A stretch of 63,987 nucleotides of DNA, the filler included, from Collodictyon triciliatum (Eukaryota): assembly GCA_043381765.1 (NCBI GenBank). It is 5 parts of 5 records of this genome, joined end to end, with 100 filler letters (N's around TTAATTAATTAA, not from the genome) between each part and the next. Parts side by side here need not be neighbours in the genome. Positions count along the whole stretch, not along the records: positions 1 to 26,340 come from JBHJMP010001016.1; positions 26,441 to 41,558 come from JBHJMP010001018.1; 3 more parts are not named here. The stretch is one strand, 5' to 3'. The translations under genes were made by a program, and so were the position numbers. Below the pieces are notes generated by a model. That model saw nothing but the letters and a program-made list of their open reading frames with translations, was not told the DNA's origin and did not search any database. Of this stretch, positions 1 to 30,254 are shown in pieces. Position 1 is the stretch's first letter; every line of letters begins with the position of its first letter.

Positions 1-157
1 AAGAAAAAAAGAAAAAAAGAAAAAAAGAAAAAAAGAAAAAAAGAAAAAAAGAAAAAAAAGAAAAAAAAGAAAAAAAGAAAAAAAGAAAAAAAGAAAAAAA
101 GAAAAAAAGAAAAAAGAAAAAAAGAAAAAAGAAAAAAAGAAAAAAAAGAAAAAAAAG
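1..157. repeat. (AAAAAAG)n-type simple repeat, inside a presumed intron of the DHHC gene
   Basis: Directly visible A5-7G tandem array. Confidence 0.95.
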
Positions 158-316
158 AAGGATTATTACTAAACTTTTTGTCATTGCTTGTAATCTTATG
201 TGACACAAATAACTTTCTGTTGAAACAAGAGGCAGTTGGCCGCTACTTGCAAGCAAATGAGTTCTTAAGTCTGTCGTGAATAAAAAAAAAATAAAAAAAA
301 TAAAATGAGTTCTTAC

Positions 317-1045
317 AGTGATGGTCAAATTTAGAGACACAGTGGTCGCAAACGGAGCAATGCTTTGAACGCGGAGGCTTCACAATCTGAAAGTCAATAT
401 TTGCCCAATCAGATTGAATGTGATAATCATTTGGCTGCCAAACATGACGCATAAACCAAGAGTAAAAAAGTAAAAAACTGTGGTCTGCAGGGGACGAAGC
501 AAGCAAAATTACAAAAGATTCAGACATGCGTGTATAATGAGATACAAAACGGATTCGCCTTACCATGCACGTCGTGCAATATTTGCATGGGTCAACCGGA
601 ATTCCTTGAGCAAACTGATGAAATATGGGCTGCGTTGATTTTAGCCATTTCATCCACGATGAGGACATATGAAATCGCCATATTAATATTTTAGATCAAC
701 AAACTTACTACGATTAGTAAGCAATCAATAAGCATATGACAAAAAACAAAACAAAACAAAACAAAAAAACGATCTAAACGAACATACACATATTTTCAAT
801 TCCAATCATTAAATGTGAGTGAAGGGAAGAAAAAAAGAGAATGTTTTGTGCGATGGCCCTGGGCTCTACAGACCACCCCATTCAAGCACACGTCAGTTTG
901 GCATATGCACGACATACATTATGCGCCGCAGGTATTTCATATACAACTCCTGGGTCGGTTGTTGTTGCAGAGACATAGCAAAGCGTCGCAAGAGAGAACA
1001 GAGTCAAGGCCAAGACAGACACGAATGGATTCGACACCATAGTCA
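317..1045 (-). CDS. DHHC-type protein S-palmitoyltransferase, partial (3' part runs off the window; 5' part lies in or beyond the N gap 1081-1471)
   Basis: Exon 1045-918 encodes a TM helix followed by TTTDPG. Exon ~630-564 encodes KYCTTCM. Exon 386-317 encodes [23 protein letters not shown](C), the DHHC cysteine-rich domain. GT-AG junctions join these in frame. Confidence 0.9.
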
Positions 1046-1046
1046 C

Positions 1047-1080
<34 letters not shown>

Positions 1081-2077
1081 NNNNNNNNNNNNNNNNNNNN
1101 NNNNNNNNNNNNNNNNNNNNNNNNNNNNNNNNNNNNNNNNNNNNNNNNNNNNNNNNNNNNNNNNNNNNNNNNNNNNNNNNNNNNNNNNNNNNNNNNNNNN
1201 NNNNNNNNNNNNNNNNNNNNNNNNNNNNNNNNNNNNNNNNNNNNNNNNNNNNNNNNNNNNNNNNNNNNNNNNNNNNNNNNNNNNNNNNNNNNNNNNNNNN
1301 NNNNNNNNNNNNNNNNNNNNNNNNNNNNNNNNNNNNNNNNNNNNNNNNNNNNNNNNNNNNNNNNNNNNNNNNNNNNNNNNNNNNNNNNNNNNNNNNNNNN
1401 NNNNNNNNNNNNNNNNNNNNNNNNNNNNNNNNNNNNNNNNNNNNNNNNNNNNNNNNNNNNNNNNNNNNNNNAAGACTACATTTTAGTTGTTTTAGGATTG
1501 GAGCCGTTGGCAATTACAATTTCAACACACCTGCTACCTATCACTCTATATACTTTATCCTGCTGGAATAGTTTGATAGCAGCCATCTCAGCCCTGTGGA
1601 GACTATGAATCTAAGACTGCACAGCATTTGACACGATTCTTCCATAAAATTGTGCATTAATTGAAGTATTGACCTGTTATTATTTATATTCCAGATTTGA
1701 GTAGGTTGCGACATCGGCGGGTTCATCCGTTCTGGTCTGAGTGACTAAAGAAAAGCACACAAAAACTCATCCACCCCAGAGTTTTTTCCCCTCCCTTTCC
1801 ATCCTATCTACACACACTACAATCCACACCTGACTTACAGGCCCTGGATTGCATCACAAGCAGCTGGGATGAGCGCAAGTGAAAACTTGATTATAAAAAG
1901 GAATTCTCGTTTGTTATTGTTGTTACTACTATTATTATTATTATTATTATTTTGCTCGGCCCTCCCTGAACAGATCTATGAGCATATCGATTGCACCACG
2001 AGGTTTAATTCTGTCCGATTGTCGAGGAGAGTGTTTCTGATGCACAGGCGAGAAGTATCTGTCTACGAATGGGGGGT

Positions 2078-4440
2078 TTATAACTTGCGGGCCAGGACAC
2101 GCTTCACGGCGGCAATGACGTTGTTCTCGCCGGGCAGCGACAGGTTCTCGAGGGTTTCGGCATACGGGGTGGGCACATCCGCTCCGGAGACGCGCTCGAC
2201 TGGAGCATCCAAGTAGTCAAAGGCTTCACCTGGGGGTTTGTTTAACATTTCATTTTAATATATATGTATTATATTGAGTCAATCGTGTTGGCGCCAAAGA
2301 GGAGCGAGAGACTCAGGGTGTTTCTTGTGTAGAAATGCACAGATATCTGCGAGCGAGTGAAGTCTTTGGACTACGCAATGGTTTTGGGACAGGTGGTTGC
2401 ACAGTCTGTTACGAGTGATGAGGGTAGTTACTTTCAAAGATGGTGGCGCAGATCTCAGCACCGACGCCGCTTTGGGGCCAGCCTTCTTCGACTGTATGGG
2501 CAACAGATTGATTAGTAAGAGGCAATTGTTATTGCAGAACAGAGGGCGACTATCTGTCGCATGAATATGTGCTGTTACTTGTGATGAGATGGTTGGTCTT
2601 CTTGACGCTGTTGACGATGGTTTCGCGGTCCAAGGGGCGGATGGAGCGGAGATTGATGACCTGATGCGACAGAGATAGAGATACATATATGTCATTGATT
2701 TTTTTTAAAAAAAAATATGAAAAAAAAATGAGCTGATGCGATCAGAGAAGGAGCAGCAATAAACTTGCCTCGGCTTCAATTCCCTCGCCAGCAAGAATCT
2801 CGGCAGACTTGATGGCTGTTCCAACAGCACGGCCAAAGGTGACGATGGAGACGTGCTTGCCTGTCCAGGTTGTTGATTAGACCCACACGGGAACAGAATA
2901 AGGCTCGCTCAGACGCATATAAGGAGTATAAGTTGATGGCCGCTGAATTGCGTAGAAGAAAACCTGGGCGCTCGATCTTGGCTTTATCTAAAGGAAGCAC
3001 AAAGTCCTTGTCAAGAATCTGATCATTGACGGGGAAGCTGGCACCATACATAATTTCGTTTTCCAGGAAGACAACAGGGTTGTCATCGCGGATGGATGCC
3101 TGTGCATTGAAAAAAATTTTTTAGACGTTTAGACGTATGAACACTTCCATGTAACTTTATTTTCTCCCCCTGTTATTTGATTCATAGTGAACATTTCTTT
3201 GAAACATATCATGCGAATGATAACCTTCAAGAGCCCGCGAGCGTCCTCGGAACTGTAAGGTGCGACAACCTTCAGTCCAGGGACAGACGAGTACCAGGCG
3301 GCAAAGCATTGCGAGTGCTGGGCACCTGGGCAGAAAAAACCCATATGAGGACCTTGCGCATGTCTGGTACATAATAGTCAATGATGAAAGTATTGCATGT
3401 TGACTAAACCGCTTACCGACACCGCGGGCTGCGCCGTTGGGGCCACGGAAAACCATGGGAGACTTGATCTGACCGGCAGACATGTACAGTTGCTTGGCGG
3501 CCGAGTTGACGACTTGGTCGATGGCCTGCGTGAAACAGAAGTAAAATATTCAGTCATGCAGCACATATTAAATAATGTCTTGCACAGAAATAAAAGCGAA
3601 GAAAATAAAATGAAGCAGTGCGAAGATAACGATAAGATAGTGAGAATTTGCTTCGACATACTTGCATGGAAAAGTTGAATGTCATAAACTCAATCACAGG
3701 TCGGACTCCGTTCCAGGCAGCGCCCACACCAATACCGGCAAAGCCAGCCTCTGTGATGGGTGTATCAATGACACGGTCGCCACCGTATTTCTGGTAGAGG
3801 CCGCGAGAGATCTGTGGCAGGAAAAGGGTTTAGCAAATACTAAATTGCTATAGCCAAGGGAGAAGAAGTCTACAGAGAGCATTGCCATGAACAGAAGATA
3901 TATGTAAGTTGGATATAATATGCGAAGCGCTATAACGTGCTGACCTTGTAGGCACCCTGATATTGCCCAACTTCCTCGCCCATGAGGACAACGCGCTCAT
4001 CGCGGGCCATTTCCTCGTCGAGTGCAGAGTTGAGAGCATCACGGACAGTCATCTGCAATTACAGGTATGAGTCTCGACGAGAAATTGATAACAAAGCATG
4101 AGTGCGAGTCGATGGACATATCTTTTGACATTGGGTAAAGCGAAGCGACAGCATCGTGTGTTTGGTTTCGAAGTGTCTGTTGTCGATTGTTCCATTCTGT
4201 ATTTATTATTTGTTGGCTTACTTCTTTGATTTCGGAGCTGTAGAGACGAGCAGCAGCGGCCCTCTATTTGTTTTCGTTTTTTTTTTTTTTTGTATAATTA
4301 CAATGAAAGTTGGTTCCAGTTAACATGCTTGTCTTCGACTTCACAGGAAGAGGTCAATGGCTTGTGTGATGCGTGAAAGCAAAGAGACAGACCTTTTGGA
4401 TGGAGGTGCGAAGGGCAGAACGAATAAGGGAGACAGACAT
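2078..4440 (-). CDS. PDHB: Pyruvate dehydrogenase E1 beta subunit, mitochondrial, multi-exon
   Basis: Presequence-like start [16 protein letters not shown], then [15 protein letters not shown]...[58 protein letters not shown] and [20 protein letters not shown]. Stop TAA at 2078-2080. Confidence 0.97.
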
Positions 4441-5261
4441 GGTGGAACGATGTGGACCCTATGGGAACAGTAAGCAGTTAATAGAAAAAGAAAAAGAAAA
4501 AGATCAATAACTGTTTTGTGGAAAGTGTGCGTCCAGCTGTGCAAGAAAAGCGTGTTGTACTTCATTTTCAGACATATAATCTCTTATTATTTTATTATAT
4601 TTTGGCTTTCAAAAAAACTCAGGTTTGCAGTCATATGTTGTGCGGCCAGCACAAAGGTGATTCAAAAGACCAACGAAAAGATCACCCTCTTTTTCTCTCC
4701 TTTTTCTCCTTTTCCTTTCTTTGCAGACTAAAACAGCCCAACAAAAGCAAGCGAATCGCGATCACTCCATCAGGCAAGCAAACACACGTAAAAAAAACAA
4801 AGAATCACGGGCCAAGTTGGAGCAGCATTCCTTCAAACAGGCGGAATCGTTCACCAAATCTCTCCCCAGGAGCAGAGCCTTCCTTTCTCCGCTATTTTCC
4901 CTTTCTTTATCAATCGCGCCCTTTTGATTCTCAACAACGGCCTCCTTCTTTTCCAGCTGGCTTATATAATAAATACTCATATATTCTCATCGGCCACCTT
5001 TCTCTCTGATACGCCCAACAAGTCAAACACCACTGATTCATCACAAACACCGCGATCACGCAACGAAGAGACAGAAATATGAAAGGTTGGACACAATAGC
5101 GCCTTTAGCGACCCCTGAGACGGACACAGACACGCCACAGATTTTTCCGCTTCGCATGTGGCCTTCGCCACAACTTCGCCTCTGCTGGAAGGGAACGAAA
5201 AAAAATCCAGATGATTCACTGAATGCATCCTTATTTATTTTCCATATTTGGCATGAGTACT

Positions 5262-13609
<8,348 letters not shown>

Positions 13610-14600
13610 TTCTGTGTCAGTTAGTCACCTGAATGACCGTTTTTTTGTTGTGCTAGTTTGCAGAGTTTTAAGGAATTATCACAAAGAACTGGTTGGCTGC
13701 TGCGGTTGTCTGATATCGTGATCTGTACAGAGCTTAAGCAGTTTTATTATTATTTTTATTCTTATCCTTTTGGATCTTCATAAAAAAAAATTTTTTTTTG
13801 AAATAGACTACATTTATTAATTCTCGAAGGAGATCACTCCTTTGTTTATCACAGTCACATGTTTATTCGGTACTAACTGTAAGAAGCAAATAAATATACA
13901 TAAAAAAAACGAAAAGGAGAAACTTAACTGCTTCGTCACTGCGAACACCCAGAACAACTTCGCCCGCTTTTCTCTTCTGTCATCGCCTTTTTTCTTCTTG
14001 TGATAGTTTGGACGAGAAATCATGCAAAAAGGAAAAAAAAGGTTTGTATTTCAAACTTTTGAACCGGCAAAATATTTGTGGAAAATATATTTTACAATGG
14101 AACTTGTGGCTCTTGCACCTCGCATTCCACATATGGATTCGCGGAATGTTTGGTTGAAAAGTCGCCGAAAAGCAGGAAGGAAGCCCGGTTTGTCCCAGCC
14201 GCTAACTTTCGCCGAAGCCTCGACAAGTTGCCTGTGTGGCTGGCCTTTGAAGGACCGTTGCCCTCTTGCGCGATGCCAAAACCACTTCGCCCACTTGATC
14301 TATTAGGGGATCCTAATAACATAGCATGTAACCTGCTGCCGATTTCACAACAAGAAACAGGGCAAACATGGAGTGATGCACGTTCACTACCAAATGAACG
14401 AAAAACAGAAACAAAAAGAATTAAAAAAAAAAAAAAACTAGCTTCCAATAAACGAGGGTTTCCTCTCCACGCTTTTTTTTTCTGCCCAAAAGGAACTTAT
14501 GGGTTAAGACGGGTTATGTCATAACGTGGTTGACAAACATAATTACTAACATGTGCATAAACGGCAAGCTTTTCCTTGAAGTAATCTGCGCCCAGACTCG
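13610..14600. promoter_or_regulatory. Divergent intergenic region between SMC4 and FANCD2, probable bidirectional promoter
   Basis: The two start codons point away from each other about 1 kb apart, with a locally GC-richer core at ~14100-14350. No transcription start data. Confidence 0.5.
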
Positions 14601-25548
<10,948 letters not shown>

Positions 25549-26340
25549 CCACGCTGGGTGGCATCTCAGGTAGCCTGCGTTTCTCGTCGCCGTGCTGCTT
25601 GCGATGATCCTGCCTTCGTCCTATGAGCGCGGCACTCTGCTGTTATCGTTGTCGATTTTTTTATCAATTTTTTGTTCTTTTCTTACTTTCTTTTGGGCCA
25701 GTGGCGCTGGAATGGTCGAATAAACATTATTTTCCGCATATGGATTTAGCGTGTCCGGTGCTGCTCGTGGCTGGTATGAAGCTGATCCACGATTCTGTTT
25801 GATTTGCAGGTTGTAGCTGGGTTTTCAAGAACAGAACCATAAGCACATTTGAGAAGTAGTGCATATTACTGAATTTTCTCGCTGTATTGAAGGACATGGG
25901 AATTATGTTTTATTTTCCAGAATTATTGTTTTCCTGATAAATTCCCATTTCTGACAGAAGAAGGCGCGACTCGCCCTCGTCAAAACCGATGTTGCGCTCT
26001 AGAAGATTCGAAGACACTTTCTAAACAGCCCACGTCACAGTGTCAAATCGCTCCACCGATAAGTTGGTTGGTCGCACCACCATCCCCATCATTGACACTG
26101 CTGCCGGCTTCTTCTTTCCCTCGTGGCACAGACACTTTTTGTTTCCCTTATGCCTCCCTCCCTCTGTCTTCTCTATCCTGTGCTATCCCCCAAAGGCGTG
26201 GTTCTTTTGTTACCTTTTCTCACCCAGTTCTTTTTTTTTTCCTGGTTCTTTTTTTTTTTTTTTTTTTTCCTTTTTCCCCTTTTTCTTTTTTTTTTTTTTT
26301 TTTTGTGGGTGGTTTTTTTTTTTTTTTCTTTTCTTCTTTT

Positions 26341-26440
26341 NNNNNNNNNNNNNNNNNNNNNNNNNNNNNNNNNNNNNNNNNNNNTTAATTAATTAANNNN
26401 NNNNNNNNNNNNNNNNNNNNNNNNNNNNNNNNNNNNNNNN
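26341..26440. other. Artificial contig-joining linker N44-TTAATTAATTAA-N44
   Basis: Identical 100-nt structure occurs four times; the 12-mer places stops in all six frames. Confidence 0.95.
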
Positions 26441-26558
26441 TACATACATACATACATACATACATACATACATACATACATACATACATACATACATACA
26501 TACATACATACATACATACATACATACATACATACATACATACATACATACATACATA
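26441..26558. repeat. (TACA)n microsatellite at contig start
   Basis: Direct observation. Confidence 0.95.
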
Positions 26559-26633
26559 CCTGAATATCAATTGCTTTAGATTTATGACAGGAATTTGTAT
26601 TTTCAATTACTACAATTAAGTTAATTTATACAG

Positions 26634-27396
26634 GTAAAGACTTTGACTTCTCAAGAACCCTTGATACACATGTTGTTGCAGGCGTATTAAAGGTATATTT
26701 GCGAGACATGATACCACCTCTTTTCCCCTACGAGCTGTATAGAGAATTTATTGGAAGTGAAGGTTTTTTTTTCCTTTGAAAAAATTATTATCGAGTCCAG
26801 GGTCATGATGGCATAAAATAAAATAAAATTATTTTCTGTACTCTATTTAATTTTGTATTTATCCTTATATACATCACTCGTGCTTATGGACATTTCCTTT
26901 ATAAACTATAGAAATAGAAGATGAGAGCCAACGAATTAAACACTATAAAACAGTTCTGGCAAAGTGCCCAAAAAAGAATGTTGTAAGTCACCCCCAAATA
27001 AATTATTTATCAAAAATTTATCTCAAGAATATCGCCAAGAAAAGTTACAACAGGGAAAAGAAAAAATTGCGGCTTTCATCTGAGAAAGTACTCACCAAAA
27101 AACAATTTAATTAAAAGGCAACAATCAAGTATCTCTTCCGGATGCTCAAAACTATATCCGATCATCACCAAATTAATAAAATGAACTCAACTAACCTGGT
27201 ATGTTTCACATAATATCAACAATTTATGTAAATCATGTGATTAAACATCAGATATCCTAACATTTAAATGATTTGAAATTAAAAGGGAATTGTATTTGGT
27301 CCTACCTTGTTGCGCCCTAATTACAATGCGATATCTATATCAACGACTCCAACCGTTGTATCGGAGATAATCAATTTCTTTGAGCAGATATTCTAA
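26634..27396 (+). CDS. RhoGAP-domain protein, 3' four exons only
   Basis: DTHVVAGVLKVYLRDMIPPLFP, KYLFRMLKTISDHHQINKMNSTNL|GIVFGPTLLRP match the RhoGAP core. Stop TAA at 27394-27396. Confidence 0.92.
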
Positions 27397-29851
27397 CGCT
27401 CACTACGAACCTTTATCGCCTGGGTAATAAAGAAAAAAATACCTTTATTCGATTGGAGATAATAAAAAAAAAAAAAAATTGATCCCTTTGCAGCAAATGA
27501 TAACAGGGCTAACACCCAGATGAACCGCTCCTAGTTTGAGCTCCGTGCTCGCTCTCAATAAACCGAAACATTTTAAACAAACAGCATGAGTTCGATGTTC
27601 ACAGTAGTATTTACTGTGGTCATGATTACCTCCGTCTTTGCCACGTTTGATGGTCTAGAGAATGGTGTAGGATTTCCCGTCACACGTTCTATCGAAACTG
27701 CACTACATGGGGCAATTTAGGTGTGTTAACGTACGCTCTGTTGATTTCTGGGGCTGTTGTGCGATGGAGACTTATTCAACAATTTTATGTGTATATTGTG
27801 TGCCTTTTTTGTGTTTTGATACCTCTATAATTCTAAAATATAATTTTTTGTGATGTATACTATAAATTCCATATATAGAATTACAGGAAGTCTGGAGTTC
27901 GTTCCTGACTACACGGGCACTTGACTCTCAGAGAAGCAGGTAGTTCCGATGAACAGCTGGTGAGAAAAGCCTCCTTTCGGCAGGAAGGAAAAACAGCGCG
28001 TAGTCATCACACACATATATATTTCTATGGTTGTGCGTCTCTCGCCCAAGTCGATCGGGCAGCTGACTTGAAAGACCACACGCTTGTGCGCTCACGCACA
28101 CAACCGTGTTGGTGTCTTGACAGCTTTCGTTTCATAGCCGAGTGTCTTTCACAAGACTCTACTCATTTTTCCCCTCCCTTCTCTTTCTTGTCGGTTGCTT
28201 GTTCGCCGCAAAGAGATACTTGCCGTGATTTTAAAGTTCTCCAGCTAGAACGGCCACTATCATGCAGTTTGAGAGGCCGCGATGACAAAGTCGGAGAGAA
28301 TAAGAGCCCCTGGCATTGAGCGCGCTTTTTGTCTTGGCAATCATTTTTCACACTATTTTTTTCTGACTTTGGAATCCCTTTCTCTAGTGGAGGGGAAAAT
28401 AGAGCGTGTCCATATATTCTCATTGCCCAAGCCATCCCGATCGAATCTGGCGCATTAGCTGCATGTATGATGTAATACTATGCGTTTTATGACGGGAGAT
28501 GTCTGGAGAGACGGGGTTTGTTCTCTGCCCCACACAACAACCCGGCAGCAATGACAAAGGTCATCCAAACCCACATGCACAAAAATTGTGGATGGTGTTG
28601 TCCCTTGGATCAGTTTTATATACTTGGCGATCACATCCCCGCACGCGCTCGTATATGATTCAAGATGAAGCAATCAATCTAGGAATTACAAAAAGAATCC
28701 AACAAAGAAGCATTCGACGAATCAATCGAACGAAACAGAGGCCTGAAGCCGGCGGATACTTGTTGCCTTGGCAAATGCGCTGCTGATGCAAGGCAATCGA
28801 TTAACGAGCTTCTCCAATCGCCTACCCAGAAGATGAGGGTGGTTTGATTGATGATACGACACATACATTTGTCTTCCTCTCGCTTGACAGCGCAGTCATC
28901 CAAGGGCGAGTGATCAAGGCATCAATGTGGACGATCATCTTCGTCACATATAAATTTGGCATGAGAGAATACAAAGAATTCTCTTCAGCCCACGGATAAC
29001 ACAAGAAGGAATTTTTTTTTTATTATTTATATTAAAAAAAAAAAAAGAGAAAAGAAACATTCACAGCTCACAAGGCGCACACACATACAAATATAAATAC
29101 GTTACAACGCATTCCTGTGGCCTTCTCGATACAAGAGGCGAAATAATTCTGCCATCGCTTTCTTCCCTTTATCAAACAACAACAATCTATTTGCCGCCAC
29201 ACGAGTGATGAAATAATCAATGCGATTCTTGCAACACGATATACTCGAAATCAAATACCCTAACCTAACCACATATATATATGAACCACACTGCAGTTTA
29301 TACATTTATTTGCAGATAGAGAAAAAGAAGCGGAATCACCGTGGCACATTAGTTGGAATCCTCCCCACTCCATCCTCCTCCCCACAATCTCATTATCATG
29401 AATGTTGGCATCAAACACACACAACGACATCACCACCCAACCCTCGAGACCATGCCCCAACACCAGTGCCGCCCAACAAAGCATCGCCAGACATCTTACC
29501 GACTCTCTATCGACCACGACTCTCCACCATCCCCCACCACTATCTCCCCAGGCCAGAGACGATTTGCCCGGGCGCGATCTGCCTTGCAAAATCGTGCCGC
29601 CCTTTCCCCCCCTCCCTTTCTTTTTCCTTGCCCAACCCCCCAAATATATCCATCGATTTGGATAGTCGGTTGTGGTGGTGTTGCCATCCAACGTGTGCTT
29701 TGGCCTGATGCATGCATTGTTTTTGCCTGCTAACGAACGGCCACCCTTCGGACCGGCCGGAAACATCTTACAGGCCAGCCCCCTTCTTCTGCCTTGCTCA
29801 CAACCACAAATCCGCCACAATGACCCTCGCAGTGTTCCGCCCCTTCGGGTT

Positions 29852-29960
29852 AAAAAGAAAAAAGAAAAAAGAAAAAAGAAAAAAGAAAAAAGAAAAAAGA
29901 AAAAAGAAAAAAGAAAAAAGAAAAAAGAAAAAAGAAAAAAGAAAAAAGAAAAAGAAAAAG
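29852..29960. repeat. (AAAAAAG)n simple repeat
   Basis: Direct observation. Confidence 0.95.
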
Positions 29961-30254
29961 AAGGAAAAACATCACCAGCCTCTTACTGTGGCTAACCTGC
30001 CCGAATTAAGCTCCTTCGTCTCTGTATACGCTTCATATGTCTTGTCACCTACAAAGACGAAAGATAAGGACCGAAAAATAGATTGAGAGAGAGAACACAA
30101 TACTTACTCCCCCAGACTCATCTTTCTGACCTTATTTTCTTGCCTGGACTGTGCCCTTCTTGCTGTCATGCATAGTGCAGCCTACTGAACACACTTTATA
30201 CGAAAATACAATATTATTCATAACTCTTACCTCACGCAACATACTAGTTCTCTG

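Noticed and set aside
1541..1852. Possible 5' exons of the DHHC gene
   Set aside because: Splice-like sites exist, but there is no recognisable motif and the N gap prevents linking them.
26385..26396. Palindromic TTAATTAATTAA recurring at 26385, 41603, 56113 and 62824 as a biological motif
   Set aside because: Always centred in exactly 44+44 Ns, so it is an assembly concatenation linker. Gene neighbourhoods across it are meaningless.
29258..29270. CCCTAACCTAACC, telomere-like
   Set aside because: Only about two imperfect units, internal; compatible with chance or a splice acceptor.
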